Numbered from the stretch's first letter, positions 45,838-55,812 are shown. The stretch is DNA of 64,000 bases from Hyalangium minutum (GCF_000737315.1 NZ_JMCB01000034.1:1-64000), one strand, 5' to 3'. Numbers and translations are program-made. The notes: generated from the sequence alone by a model not told the origin.

Positions 45838-47580
45838 TCAGCCCCGATCCCGGCGGACAGGGACCTTCCTGCCCCGGAGCGTCGCGTGGCGCAGCGCTGT
45901 GATGATCCGTTCAGCGTCTGGCTCCGGCACCTCCACCAGGGAGAAGGCGTCAGCGATCTGGATCGCTCCGATCCGTGAGGACTCCAGGCCCGCTTCGCCT
46001 GCGATGGCACCCACCAGATCCGCAGGGCGCATGCCCGCATTCCGGCCCGCGCCGATGTAGAGCCGCGTGATGTCCCAGTCAGACCGCTGCGCGGGCCCTC
46101 GAGGCTCCCGCTCCTCTCGCCCAGGACGTCCCCCAGGCCCCTTGCCCTTCCCTGGCCTTTCAGCAGGTGCCTTCCCCTCGGGCCGCTCGGAGCGCGGACG
46201 CTTCTCGGAGGGCGGGGCGACAACTGGAATCTCCTCTTCGCCCGCCGCCTTGCCGTCGTCGCGGTTCTCCTGGATGAACTTCACCGCAGCTGCCGCCACG
46301 TCCATCACATCGAACTCTGCCGCCAGTTCCTCCGCCACCCTCCGGAACGGATCCAACCCGCCCGCCACCAGCACCTCTCTCAGCGAGGCCCGGGTCAGCT
46401 CCAGGTGTCGCGCTCGGAGATCCGCCACCGTGGGCACCGCCGCCACTTCGATGCGCTGACCCGTCAGCTTCTCCAGGTTGCGCAGCAACCGGTGCTCCTT
46501 GGGCTCCACGAGCGTGATCGCCACTCCCTCGCGCCCCGCCCGGCCCGTGCGCCCAATCCGGTGCACATAGGCCTCCGGCGCGTTGGGCACGTCGAAGTTC
46601 ACCACGTGCGACAGCCTCGGAATGTCCAGGCCCCGTGCCGCCACATCCGTCGCCACCAGCAGATCCGCCGCGTGCGTCTTCAGCTGCTTGATGACCCGAT
46701 CGCGCTGCTCCTGGCTCATGCCGCCATGCAGCGCCAGCGCTCGCCAGCCTCGGCCATTGAGCGACACCGAGAGTTCATCCACCTCGGTCCGCGTCCGGCA
46801 GAACACGATGGCCGCCGTGGGCGACTCCACATCCAGCACCCGGCACAGCGTGGCCACCTTGAAGGCCCTCGTGACGATATACGCCGTCTGCCGCACCCGC
46901 GGCAGCTCGCCCTGCTGCACCTTCTCCTTGGCGATCTTCACGCGCACCGGCTCGCGCAGGTGCCGCTCCGCAATGGCCGCGATACGCGTGGGCAGCGTCG
47001 CGGAGAAGAGCGCCGTCTGCCGCTCCTCGGGCGTCGCGGACAGGATCGCCTCGAGATCCTCCGCGAAGCCCATGTCGAGCATCTCGTCCGCCTCGTCCAG
47101 CACCACCACCTGCACGTCGTCCAACTTCAGTGTCTTGCGCTGCAAGTGATCGAGCGCCCGTCCCGGCGTCGCCACCACCACGTCCACGCCGCGCTTGAGC
47201 ACCCTCAACTGCTGCCCAATCACCTGCCCCCCGTACAGCGGGAGCACCGTCACGCCGAGCTTCTGGCCATAGCGATGGATGGCCTCGGCCACCTGCATGG
47301 CCAGCTCGCGCGTGGGCACCAACACCAGCGCGGACGTCGTGAACGGCGCCCGAGATCCAGGCTCGATCTTCTGCAACAACGGCAGGGCAAAGGCCGCCGT
47401 CTTCCCGGTCCCCGTCGCCGCGATGCCCAGCAGATCCTTGCCCGCCAGCAACGGCGGAAGCGCCGCGCGTTGGATCGGCGAGGGCTCCTCATAGCCGAGG
47501 GCTCGAATGGACTCGAGGAGGGGTGGGATGAGCCCCAATGAATCGAAGCTGCTGTCGGGTGGCGTCGTCGGTTCCTTCAC
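45838..47580 (-). CDS. deaD: DEAD-box RNA helicase with C-terminal DbpA-type RNA-binding domain (DeaD/CsdA-like)
   Basis: Q-motif PSPIQ, ATGTGKT, PTRELA, ATPGR, DEAD, SAT, HRIGRTGRAG; C-terminal RLYIGAGRNAGMRPADLVGAI. Start inferred at GTG 47580 (GAGGTGG upstream) rather than 47724. Confidence 0.93.
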   Translation of the reverse strand: MKEPTTPPDSSFDSLGLIPPLLESIRALGYEEPSPIQRAALPPLLAGKDLLGIAATGTGKTAAFALPLLQKIEPGSRAPFTTSALVLVPTRELAMQVAEAIHRYGQKLGVTVLPLYGGQVIGQQLRVLKRGVDVVVATPGRALDHLQRKTLKLDDVQVVVLDEADEMLDMGFAEDLEAILSATPEERQTALFSATLPTRIAAIAERHLREPVRVKIAKEKVQQGELPRVRQTAYIVTRAFKVATLCRVLDVESPTAAIVFCRTRTEVDELSVSLNGRGWRALALHGGMSQEQRDRVIKQLKTHAADLLVATDVAARGLDIPRLSHVVNFDVPNAPEAYVHRIGRTGRAGREGVAITLVEPKEHRLLRNLEKLTGQRIEVAAVPTVADLRARHLELTRASLREVLVAGGLDPFRRVAEELAAEFDVMDVAAAAVKFIQENRDDGKAAGEEEIPVVAPPSEKRPRSERPEGKAPAERPGKGKGPGGRPGREEREPRGPAQRSDWDITRLYIGAGRNAGMRPADLVGAIAGEAGLESSRIGAIQIADAFSLVEVPEPDAERIITALRHATLRGRKVPVRRDRG

Positions 47581-47658
47581 ATGGGGGCTTGTACCACCTC
47601 GCCCAGAGCCAGAGAGCCCAAAGACGCGAGAACCGTTGAGCGGTATATGAAGGGGACA

Positions 47659-48381
47659 ATGACCGAGCAGAGCCCGCGTTTCTCCAACGCCCCGCCCCCA
47701 CAGCTGGGGCGCGTGGCGTTCCACGCCGTCGCCTCAGGCCTTGCCCCCCTCATCCCCATCCCCTTCCTGGATGACTACGCCCTCCGCCAGGTGCGCGAGC
47801 GCATGGTCCGCGCCGTCCTCCAGGACCACAGCCTCCCCACCCCCGCCAAGGCGGTCTCCGTCCTCGCCGGCTCGCAGAACTCCATCACCCTCGGCGGCCG
47901 GGTGATCAACCTCTTCAAGGGCCTGGCGCTCCTGCCCCTCAAGAAGGTCTTCCGCAAGGCCTTCATCCTCTTGTGGGTGAAGGACTGCGTGGACATGGCC
48001 TCCTACTCCCTGCACCACGGCTACCTGCTCCAGCACGCGCTCACCCGGGGCGATCTCACCGCGCTCACCCTCGACGGAGACGCTCCGCTCCGCGTCCATG
48101 ACGCCATCCTCGCTGCCTGCAAGGAGCAGGACTCCCGCCCCATCAACCAGCTCCTGTCCCGGCTCTTTGCCAGCTCCAAGCTGCTGCTCTCCGAGGCCAC
48201 CAAGGCCATCATGAACCCCTTGCTCGGCCAGCCCCGCGTCCCCGAGAAGGGCGAGGAGGCCGAGGTCGCCTCCCTGGCCGACCGGCTCGCCGCCGCCCTC
48301 TGGGAGCAGCGCGGCTACTTCTCCACGCTCGAGGAGCGCTACCAGAGGCACCTGCAGGGCGGCCCGACCCCCTCCCTCTGA
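47659..48381 (+). CDS. Hypothetical protein, DUF697-like N-terminal motif
   Basis: High GC3 ORF with AGGGGA upstream of ATG 47659; VASGLAPLIPIPFLDDYALRQVRERMVR resembles the DUF697 xxIPxPxxD...QxxM motif. Confidence 0.65.
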   Translation: MTEQSPRFSNAPPPQLGRVAFHAVASGLAPLIPIPFLDDYALRQVRERMVRAVLQDHSLPTPAKAVSVLAGSQNSITLGGRVINLFKGLALLPLKKVFRKAFILLWVKDCVDMASYSLHHGYLLQHALTRGDLTALTLDGDAPLRVHDAILAACKEQDSRPINQLLSRLFASSKLLLSEATKAIMNPLLGQPRVPEKGEEAEVASLADRLAAALWEQRGYFSTLEERYQRHLQGGPTPSL

Positions 48382-48401
48382 GCTCGTGACCCGTGACTCA
48401 C

Positions 48402-48433
48402 CGTGAGAGGTCTCCTCACGTTCTGTCCTTTTT
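48402..48433 (+). terminator. Possible intrinsic terminator
   Basis: CGTGAG-7nt-CTCACG stem followed by TTCTGTCCTTTTT; the stem is short. Confidence 0.3.
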
Positions 48434-48463
48434 CCAACGGTGTGGCAGTCTTTCAGTCACACC

Positions 48464-49879
48464 ATGCGTATCGCGATCATCGCCACATACACCCACCCCA
48501 CCCGGAAGCGCGTCAAGGAGTACTCGATCATGCAGTCGTCGGTGCCGGAGCTGATCGCCGGCATCTGCCCCCCGCATGTAGAGGTGGAGATCTTCAACGA
48601 GAAGGAGGTGGACATCCCGCTGGATCGCCACTGGGACCTCGTCTTCTTCTCCTACCTGCACTCGTACTACGAGCACACCAAGGTGCTCTCCACGCTGTTC
48701 CGCCAGCGCGGAATCACCACCGTGGCGGGCGGGCGGCACGCCGGGCACTTCGCCGATGACGTGGAGAAGTACTTCGACGCCGTCGTCATCGGCGAGCCCG
48801 AGGCCAACGTCCCCGCCGTCATCGAGGACTTCGAGAAGGGCCAGCTGAAGCGGCGCTACGCCCTGCCCTCGCTTGGCCCGGCCGCCATCAAGCCGCAGCG
48901 GTACGAGCTGCTCGACTTCAAGCTCAGCCCCATGCGCATGTCGAGCATCGAGGCATCGCGCGGCTGCCCCTTCACCTGCAACTTCTGCGTGCTCACCGGC
49001 CACGAGAAGTACCGCTACCGCCCCGTCGCGGACGTCATCGACGAGATCCGCACGAAGATGGCCTTCAACAAGAACTTCTTCGGGCTGATCGACAACTTCT
49101 TCGGGTTCGTGGACAACAACCTGGGAGGCTCGCCCAAGTACCTGCGCGAGCTGTGCGAGGCGCTCATCCCCCTGAAGAAGAACTGGGGTTGCTCGCTCAC
49201 CTTCAACATCCTCAAGGACGAGTCCCTGGTGAAGCTCATGGCCCAGGCCGGGTGCCGCTACATCTACACGGGCCTGGAGTCGCTCAACCCTGACTCCATC
49301 AAGGCCATGAACAAGGGCCAGAACAAGCTGTCCGACGTGGACGCCGTCATCCGCCGCGCCTTCTCCAACGGCATCATCCTGTCGTTCGGGCTGCTGGTGG
49401 GCTCGGACGGCGACACCAACGAGTACCTGGAGAAGGTCCCCCAGTACCTGGCGGACCTGAAGCACTTCTCCATCACCTTCCTGGGCATCGTCTGCCCGTA
49501 CCCGGAGACGCCGTTCTACCGCCAGGTCCAGTCCGAGGGCCGGCTGCTGCCCGGCACCATCAGCCGGGACTATGACGGCTACACGCTGTGCCACCGCCCG
49601 AAGAACCTGCACCCCTCGGAGGCGGCCGAGCACTTCGTTCGGCTGTGCAAGCAGCTGGGCTCCTTCCCCAACCTGCTGCGGCACTACAGCTCCAAGCTGC
49701 TCATGAGCAACCTGCCGCGCTACAGGAGCGGGATACTCTTCTCCGGGCCGGAGATCCTCAGCATCCGCAACCCCGTGAAGAACCCGGAGCGCCGCTACAT
49801 CGCCGGCCTGGATTCCATCGAGGCCTGGGACGCGGAGCAGATGGCGAAGCTGGGACTAGAGCCGCAGCGCCTCAGTTGA
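48464..49879 (+). CDS. B12-binding-domain radical SAM protein
   Basis: N-terminal cobalamin-binding-like Rossmann segment (DLVFFS...TVAGGRHA...DAVVIGEPE), CxxxCxxC motif RGCPFTCNFC, FVDNNL, YIYTGLESL, PYPETP. Confidence 0.9.
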   Translation: MRIAIIATYTHPTRKRVKEYSIMQSSVPELIAGICPPHVEVEIFNEKEVDIPLDRHWDLVFFSYLHSYYEHTKVLSTLFRQRGITTVAGGRHAGHFADDVEKYFDAVVIGEPEANVPAVIEDFEKGQLKRRYALPSLGPAAIKPQRYELLDFKLSPMRMSSIEASRGCPFTCNFCVLTGHEKYRYRPVADVIDEIRTKMAFNKNFFGLIDNFFGFVDNNLGGSPKYLRELCEALIPLKKNWGCSLTFNILKDESLVKLMAQAGCRYIYTGLESLNPDSIKAMNKGQNKLSDVDAVIRRAFSNGIILSFGLLVGSDGDTNEYLEKVPQYLADLKHFSITFLGIVCPYPETPFYRQVQSEGRLLPGTISRDYDGYTLCHRPKNLHPSEAAEHFVRLCKQLGSFPNLLRHYSSKLLMSNLPRYRSGILFSGPEILSIRNPVKNPERRYIAGLDSIEAWDAEQMAKLGLEPQRLS

Positions 49880-52800
49880 GGCAGCCGTCGAGGCGGGCAG
49901 CGCGGCGGCGGGCGGCGGGAGCTGGGGCGTGCCATCCGCCTCCAGCCGCTGCACGCGCCGCAGCTCGGCCTTGGCGCCAATGGCGGTGAACACCTCGCGC
50001 GCACGCGCCAGCAGCGCGGCGCGCCGGTGCGGCAGAGCCACCGCCGCGTCGTAGCACGCCACACCCAGCTCCCACCGGTTGGGCGCCTTCTCGAGCACCT
50101 CGATGGCCTGGAGGAACACGGGCTCGGCGGCGGCCATGCCCTTGCGCAGCCGCAGGAAGCGGGCCGTCACCCGAAGCGCCGGGCCCTTCATATATGGGTA
50201 GATGCGCGACAGCGCCCGCGCCTTGAAGCAGCCCAGCCGGACGATCCGCTGCAGCTTCGAGCGAGGCACCGACGTAGCCCCGTTCTCCAGCGCGAAGAGC
50301 GCCGCCTCGGCCGCGTCCACCAGGCCGATCTGCAGGAAGGGCACCAGCACCTGGTACTTCCACACCGTGTCGAAGGCCTGCACGGCCACCCGCGCCGCGT
50401 CCTCCACGCGGTGCTCGCGCACGTACACGTTGGCCAGGTGGTTGAGCGCCGCGCACTGGTTGGCCAGGTCATCCACCTCGATGCTGATGCGCAGCCCCTT
50501 CTCCAGCTCCTCGCACAGCTGCGCTACGTCGCCGTCCCCGCGCAGGTAGCGGCACATGGGCACCCAGGCATGGGACCAGCCCTGGTGCATCAGCGCATTG
50601 AGCTCTACGCCCATCTCGCCCATCTCGCGGTAGTACTTCTCCGCCACCTCGAAGCGCGAGGCGAGGAAGTGGCTGGTGGCCACCACCATCATCGCGGTCT
50701 GCACCTCCCACCGCTCGCCCACCTGGCGCAGCATGTCGATGGCTTCCACGCCCAGCTTGCCGGCCTTGTCCTGCTCGTTGAGGAAGATGGCGCTGAAGCC
50801 CAGGCGGCCCAGCGCAATGCCCTCCGCCACCGCATCCTGCGAGCGGCGGCCGAAGTCCCGGGCCTCCTCCAGGTACCGCACCGAGCGCTTGAGCAGCCCC
50901 GCGCCGAACAGCACCGTGCCGTAGTACGAGCCGGCCTGGCTGAGCCCCCAGTCCGTGCGGGCCCGCTGCGCCATGTTGATGGCCGCCAGCGTGGCCCAGA
51001 TGAGCTTGGACAGGTCCACGAAGTAGTAGATGCGGCCCAGGGAGTAGAGCGTGCTGAGCTGCTTGAGGAAGAGCGCCCGCTGGTGCGCCGGCACGGGCCG
51101 CAGGATCCACGGGAAGACGAGGCTCACCAGGTGGACGCCCAGGTTGAGGGCCGTGCGCGCCACCAGCCCCACCATGGTCCTCGGCGTCGTACGCCCCATC
51201 AGGTTCAGCGCGCGCTCCAGCTCCTGGATGGCGCGGCCGGACTCGCCCTTCTCCTGGAAGGCGCGGCCCAGGCCCACGTGGATGTCCGCGCGCACCTCCG
51301 CCGCGTCCTCCTCCGCCAGCCGCTGCTCGAACATCTGGATGGCGGCCGCGTAGTTGCCCGCCTGCAGCAGCGTCTGCGCCAGCTCCAACATCACCTGGCG
51401 CGTGTCCTCCAGCACCACGTGCTGATCCAGCGTCTCCGAGTGGGAGAGCACCTCCAGCACGCGGTTGTAGTGGTGGATGGCTTCTTCGTTGGCGTACTGG
51501 CGCTTGGCGGCGCGCGCGGCCATGAGCGTGTACTCCAGCCCCTTGGCCTCGTCGTTCCCCGCCATGTAGTGGTACGCGAGGATGCCCGCGGGCTTCACCG
51601 CGGTGTCCGCCGCGCGCTTCTCCAGGAAGCGCGCCAGGCGCCGGTGCAGCTGCTCGCGCGCAGACACCATCAGCGTGTTGTACGCCACGTCACGGATGAC
51701 GATGTGCTTGAAGAGGCAGGTGTACGGCTCCTCCATCTCCAGCAGCACCATGCCCAGGCTCGTCAGCTGCGCCATGGCCCGCTTCGCCTCCTCCAGCGCG
51801 ATCCCCTCCGGCAGCAGCGCGTGCACGGCATCCAGCGAGAAGATGCGGCCGATGACGGAGGCCACCTTGACGATGAGCTTCTCCAGCTCCGGCAGCAAGT
51901 CGATGCGGTTGAGCACCACGTCCTGGATGGAGTCCGGGATGCGCAGGCTCTGCAGACTGCGGCGCAGCACCCGCCCGCCCCCGGTCGTCTCCTCCAGGTG
52001 CCCCTCCTCCACCAGCCCGCCCACCAGCGACTCGATGAAGAACGGGTTGCCCTGGACCTTGGTGATCATCAGGTTCTCGAGGGCCGGGTTCGGTGGGTTC
52101 AGCCTCAGGTGCAGGCGCAGCAGCGCGCGTGTGTCCTCCTCATCCAGCTGCGTCAGGTCCACCCGGAGCACGCCGCCCGGAACCTGCAGATCCTTCAGCG
52201 CATCACCTGGCCGCATCGTCACCAGCATCGCCAGCCGCAGCGAGCTGCTCCGCGCCGCCACGTACTCGATCAGGTCCAGGGAGATCTGATCGGCCCAGTG
52301 CAGATCCTCGAAGAAGAGGAGCACCGGCATGGCCTCGGTCAGCTTCTCCAGCAGCCGGTGGATGATGTGGAAGACCTGCTGGTTCTTCTGGCGCGCGTCC
52401 ATGGACGCCGTACGCTCATCCTCCGCCACCGCCAGGCCCATGATGTTGGCCAGCACCGGCACCCACTCCAGCCCCACATCCTCCAGGCCCTCGAAGACGG
52501 TGCGGATGCGCTCCAGGCGCTCCTGGGCATTGTTCCCCTCGTGGAGCTGGAACAACTGGACCAGCACCTCCTTCCACGGGAAGAACGGGGTGAACGTCTC
52601 GTACGAGTAGCAGATGCCGTACAGCGTCAGCGCACCGTGTGCCTCCGCCTCTTCCACCAGCCGGCTGGACAGGCGCGACTTTCCGATGCCCGCCTCTCCC
52701 GAGATGATGCTCACCCGGCCACTGCCGGCGATGGACTCCTCCATCGCCTCGCGCAGCAGTGCCAGCTCCCTGCGGCGCCCGACAATCTCGCCTTGCCCCT

Positions 52801-54163
52801 TCACCAGCAGGCTGCGCACCTGCCGCGACTGCACCCGGTAGATGGGCACCACGCGAGAGATGCCCTTGAGCTTGGCGTCCTCCACGTGCTCCAGGGAGAA
52901 CTCGTGCAGCACCTTGCGCTGGGTGCTGGCCTCGATCTGAATGCCCGGCTCCTTCAAGTGGGCCATCAGCCGCGCCGCGGTGTTCACCACCTCGCCCAGC
53001 GCCCAGTAGCCCTTGCGCGACGGCGCGCCCATTTCGCCCCAGTACGCCGGGCCCGTGGCGATGCCGATCCGCAGCTCTTCGATGGAGGGAAACTCCCCCT
53101 GCCCCTGCAACAGCTTCGAGGCGAAGTGGCAGGCCAGGGACTCCTTGTTCTGCTGCGCCGTGGGCGCGCCGAAGACGAAGTAGAGGACGTTGCCCTTGTC
53201 CGTGAAGTCCGGCATCAGCAGCACGCCCCGGTGGGCGGTGCTCTCGCGCTGGGCGAACGTGAAGAAGCCGTTCAGCTCGTTCACGAACACCTCGGCCTGC
53301 GAGTGCTCATGCCGGCTCTTCACCCGCACGAAGACGCAGGTGATGTCGCGGAAGTCACCCTTGAAGCCCTCGTGCGAGGTCATCACCTTGCGCAGCAGCT
53401 CCGGGTGCAGCAGCAGCGAGCACTGCCCCAGTGCCCGGGCCCCGCCCACCGGCAGCGCCCGCTGAGGTGGCGCGGTGAGGTTGCCCGGCGCCAGGAACCG
53501 CCAGAACCCATCCCGGGACTCACCAGGGCTGCCGTCGGGCAGCAGCGCGGCGGCCTGGGGACTGAGCACCACCTCTCCGCCGGAGGCCTTCTTCTCCGCG
53601 GCCACCGCCTGCTCCAGCGGCTGGCCCACGAGCCCCGGCTGCAGCCACTGGTCCGGCTCTCCGAGGACGATGCGGTGGCACTCGCCAAAGCCCACGCCAA
53701 TGCGCGAGGACACGGTGAAGCGCTGGCCCAGCACCTCCACGCGGCTGAAGCGGGCCAGCTTCCGCTGCACGTGCGCGCCGCAGATCGCCGCGCGCCGCAC
53801 CACATCCCCGTCTGTCTCTCCGCGATCCGGCTCGAAGAGCGCCAACACCGAGTCTCCGGCGAACTGGTAGATGTCCCCGCCGTAGTCGCGGATGCCCTCG
53901 ATCATCTCCGTGAAGCAGTTGGAGAGCAGGCGCTGGAGCGCGTCGATGCCCCGCGGCCCCTCGTTGCCCAGCGAGACGACGATCGGGGTGAAGCCGGCGA
54001 TGTCCAGCAGCAGGCTGGCGCCGCGCGCGGACTCCACCGGAGGCAGCGGGGCCTCGCCCAGCTGCGCCAGCTTGCGCACGATCGCCGCTGGGACGTACGG
54101 AGCGAGCGCCGCCAGCGTCATCCGCTCGTTGCGATCGTTCAAGAAGCGCTCCTCATGAGCCAC
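49856..54163 (-). CDS. Soluble adenylyl cyclase (ADCY10/sAC)-like protein: two class III cyclase domains, P-loop STAND NTPase, TPR region
   Basis: C1: LLDIAGFT and QFAGDS (metal-binding Asp residues). C2: TDKG and GEVVNTAARLM. Walker A GEAGIGKS, Walker B LFFEDLHWAD, then helical TPR-like repeats. Start GTG 54163 or ATG 54121. Confidence 0.88.
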   Translation of the reverse strand: MAHEERFLNDRNERMTLAALAPYVPAAIVRKLAQLGEAPLPPVESARGASLLLDIAGFTPIVVSLGNEGPRGIDALQRLLSNCFTEMIEGIRDYGGDIYQFAGDSVLALFEPDRGETDGDVVRRAAICGAHVQRKLARFSRVEVLGQRFTVSSRIGVGFGECHRIVLGEPDQWLQPGLVGQPLEQAVAAEKKASGGEVVLSPQAAALLPDGSPGESRDGFWRFLAPGNLTAPPQRALPVGGARALGQCSLLLHPELLRKVMTSHEGFKGDFRDITCVFVRVKSRHEHSQAEVFVNELNGFFTFAQRESTAHRGVLLMPDFTDKGNVLYFVFGAPTAQQNKESLACHFASKLLQGQGEFPSIEELRIGIATGPAYWGEMGAPSRKGYWALGEVVNTAARLMAHLKEPGIQIEASTQRKVLHEFSLEHVEDAKLKGISRVVPIYRVQSRQVRSLLVKGQGEIVGRRRELALLREAMEESIAGSGRVSIISGEAGIGKSRLSSRLVEEAEAHGALTLYGICYSYETFTPFFPWKEVLVQLFQLHEGNNAQERLERIRTVFEGLEDVGLEWVPVLANIMGLAVAEDERTASMDARQKNQQVFHIIHRLLEKLTEAMPVLLFFEDLHWADQISLDLIEYVAARSSSLRLAMLVTMRPGDALKDLQVPGGVLRVDLTQLDEEDTRALLRLHLRLNPPNPALENLMITKVQGNPFFIESLVGGLVEEGHLEETTGGGRVLRRSLQSLRIPDSIQDVVLNRIDLLPELEKLIVKVASVIGRIFSLDAVHALLPEGIALEEAKRAMAQLTSLGMVLLEMEEPYTCLFKHIVIRDVAYNTLMVSAREQLHRRLARFLEKRAADTAVKPAGILAYHYMAGNDEAKGLEYTLMAARAAKRQYANEEAIHHYNRVLEVLSHSETLDQHVVLEDTRQVMLELAQTLLQAGNYAAAIQMFEQRLAEEDAAEVRADIHVGLGRAFQEKGESGRAIQELERALNLMGRTTPRTMVGLVARTALNLGVHLVSLVFPWILRPVPAHQRALFLKQLSTLYSLGRIYYFVDLSKLIWATLAAINMAQRARTDWGLSQAGSYYGTVLFGAGLLKRSVRYLEEARDFGRRSQDAVAEGIALGRLGFSAIFLNEQDKAGKLGVEAIDMLRQVGERWEVQTAMMVVATSHFLASRFEVAEKYYREMGEMGVELNALMHQGWSHAWVPMCRYLRGDGDVAQLCEELEKGLRISIEVDDLANQCAALNHLANVYVREHRVEDAARVAVQAFDTVWKYQVLVPFLQIGLVDAAEAALFALENGATSVPRSKLQRIVRLGCFKARALSRIYPYMKGPALRVTARFLRLRKGMAAAEPVFLQAIEVLEKAPNRWELGVACYDAAVALPHRRAALLARAREVFTAIGAKAELRRVQRLEADGTPQLPPPAAALPASTAASTEALRL

Positions 54164-54183
54164 TCAGCACCCAGGGACATGGC

Positions 54184-54585
54184 TCAGGACAGCACCGAGA
54201 AGCGAATCCACACCGCGAACACGAACGCCACCGCCCATACGGCGATCTCGATGGTCTCCGAGAGCGGCTGCGTTTTGCGGATGGCTCCCCACACATGGAT
54301 GATGATCATCAGCCCGGAGACGAGCGACACCATGTCGAACAGGATGTGGTGGCTCTTGGGATCGGGGATTCCATGCGCCACGGCGAAGAGCATGGAGAGC
54401 GCCGCCGCGCCCAGGCACCGCCCGAAGTACACCGTCAGATCCTTGTTGCCCTCTGGGATCTTCCATCCGAACCACTTCGCCCACGTCAGCGGAGCAAAGA
54501 GCAGCGGTAGGGCGATGACCACCACGAAGAACGTCGTGGCGATCACGAGGTACCAGCTGGCCAACGGGTAGTCGGGGTTGATCAT
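54184..54585 (-). CDS. Small integral membrane protein (about four TM helices)
   Basis: 133 aa with four hydrophobic stretches; ends 20 bp before the cyclase start. Confidence 0.8.
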   Translation of the reverse strand: MINPDYPLASWYLVIATTFFVVVIALPLLFAPLTWAKWFGWKIPEGNKDLTVYFGRCLGAAALSMLFAVAHGIPDPKSHHILFDMVSLVSGLMIIIHVWGAIRKTQPLSETIEIAVWAVAFVFAVWIRFSVLS

Positions 54586-54705
54586 GGCGAAGGCAACGCC
54601 CCAGAGGCCGCTTCATTCGCGTGCGGTAGTCCCTGGAGGGAGTGTTCGCCACCCAGCATACCAGAGGAGCCGCTCGGACGACCTGTGAGGTTTGCGCGCA
54701 GCGGC

Positions 54706-55233
54706 TCAGCGGACCGTGGCCAGCAGCCATTCGCAGACGCGCTCCAGCGAGTCCGTCCGCTCGAGCTCCTCCGGGAATCTCCTGAATTCTCGTTCAGGTC
54801 CAAAGAGAATGGCGGGCTTGCGGTAGCTCTGCGCCAGGGAGGCCTCGGAGAGCGTGCCCGGACCGCCGGGCAGGAAGACGAGCCCATGGGCGGTGAGCAC
54901 GTTCACGTGGTTGCGGCTCATGGGCTCCTGGCCCCGGACTCCGCGCAGCGGCAGGTGGGTGAGCACGGGCAGCTCGATGTTCGGGTTGGGGTAGCCCAGG
55001 GGTGCCTTGTACACCCCGTCCACCACCTCGCCGGGGATGATGCCAATGGAGAGCCCGTGGCGCCCCGGCACAGCCACGAAGGCCTCGGCCGCCACGCGCA
55101 TGACGCCCTCGCCTGCCCCCGTGAGCAGATCGTAGCCGTGCTCGGCGATCCACCGCGCCAGCGGCACCACCCTCTCGCGGAACTCGTCTCGCCCCGAGCC
55201 CATCACGCCGATGATCTTTCTGCGCTGGAACAT
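54706..55233 (-). CDS. SLOG/LOG-superfamily nucleotide-binding protein (TIGR00725/MoCo-carrier-like)
   Basis: IIGVMGSG, LLTGAGEGVM, GIIPG, RNHVNV and the LOG motif PGGPGTLSE. Start uncertain (55233 or 55245). Confidence 0.82.
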   Translation of the reverse strand: MFQRRKIIGVMGSGRDEFRERVVPLARWIAEHGYDLLTGAGEGVMRVAAEAFVAVPGRHGLSIGIIPGEVVDGVYKAPLGYPNPNIELPVLTHLPLRGVRGQEPMSRNHVNVLTAHGLVFLPGGPGTLSEASLAQSYRKPAILFGPEREFRRFPEELERTDSLERVCEWLLATVR

Positions 55234-55448
55234 GATCCTTCCCATGTAGGGAGGCAGTGCCTCGGATTCCAGTATTTCGGCCGACCCCCCAGGGCGCCTG
55301 AGCCTTGAGACACTCCGAGAATCCACCCTGTTCCCGAGCCACCCGAGCAAAAAGGCTGCGCGGAGCGCGCCCTACCCGTGCGCCGCGTCACCGCCCACCA
55401 TGTCGGACCAGCCCCCTACCTTGCGCGAGGAAGCCTGGAGGTTCCGAG

Positions 55449-55793
55449 ATGTTCGATCTGTGCGCGGGCTGCGCGAGGCGCGGCAAGGCCTATGAGATCT
55501 TCGACTGGTGCGCGCACTGCGAGCGCTCACTCTGCCCCAACTGCATGATGGAGGGCTGCTGCGAGAACCTCCCGGCTCGCTCCGGCCAGCTCGCCTTCAA
55601 GCAGCTTCGAGGACGGCTGAGCTGGCGCGCCACGTGGCTCCGCTCCCTGCCTTCTTCCGAGGAGGTGCCTGCCGTGCTCGAGGCACACTTCGGCGGGCGG
55701 TGCTGCTCCAGGGCCCGTGCCGTGCCGTGCTCCTGCGCGTTCCACTGGATCTGCCCCAGCCACGGCGACCAACACGTCGGCTCGCACGACTGA
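55449..55793 (+). CDS. Small Cys/His-rich putative metal-binding protein (114 aa, 13 Cys, 6 His)
   Basis: GGAGG SD upstream of ATG 55449, high GC3 codons; CxxC-x12-CxxC-x4-CxxC-x4-CC plus a C-terminal CC...CxC...CxxH...H cluster. Confidence 0.72.
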   Translation: MFDLCAGCARRGKAYEIFDWCAHCERSLCPNCMMEGCCENLPARSGQLAFKQLRGRLSWRATWLRSLPSSEEVPAVLEAHFGGRCCSRARAVPCSCAFHWICPSHGDQHVGSHD

Positions 55794-55812
55794 GGCACGG
55801 TGGCGCGAGAGC

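Noticed and set aside
44929-47580. folD and the DEAD-box helicase as members of the PKS cluster
   Set aside because: Both look like ordinary housekeeping genes with no feature linking them to the pathway; they most likely mark the right boundary of the cluster.
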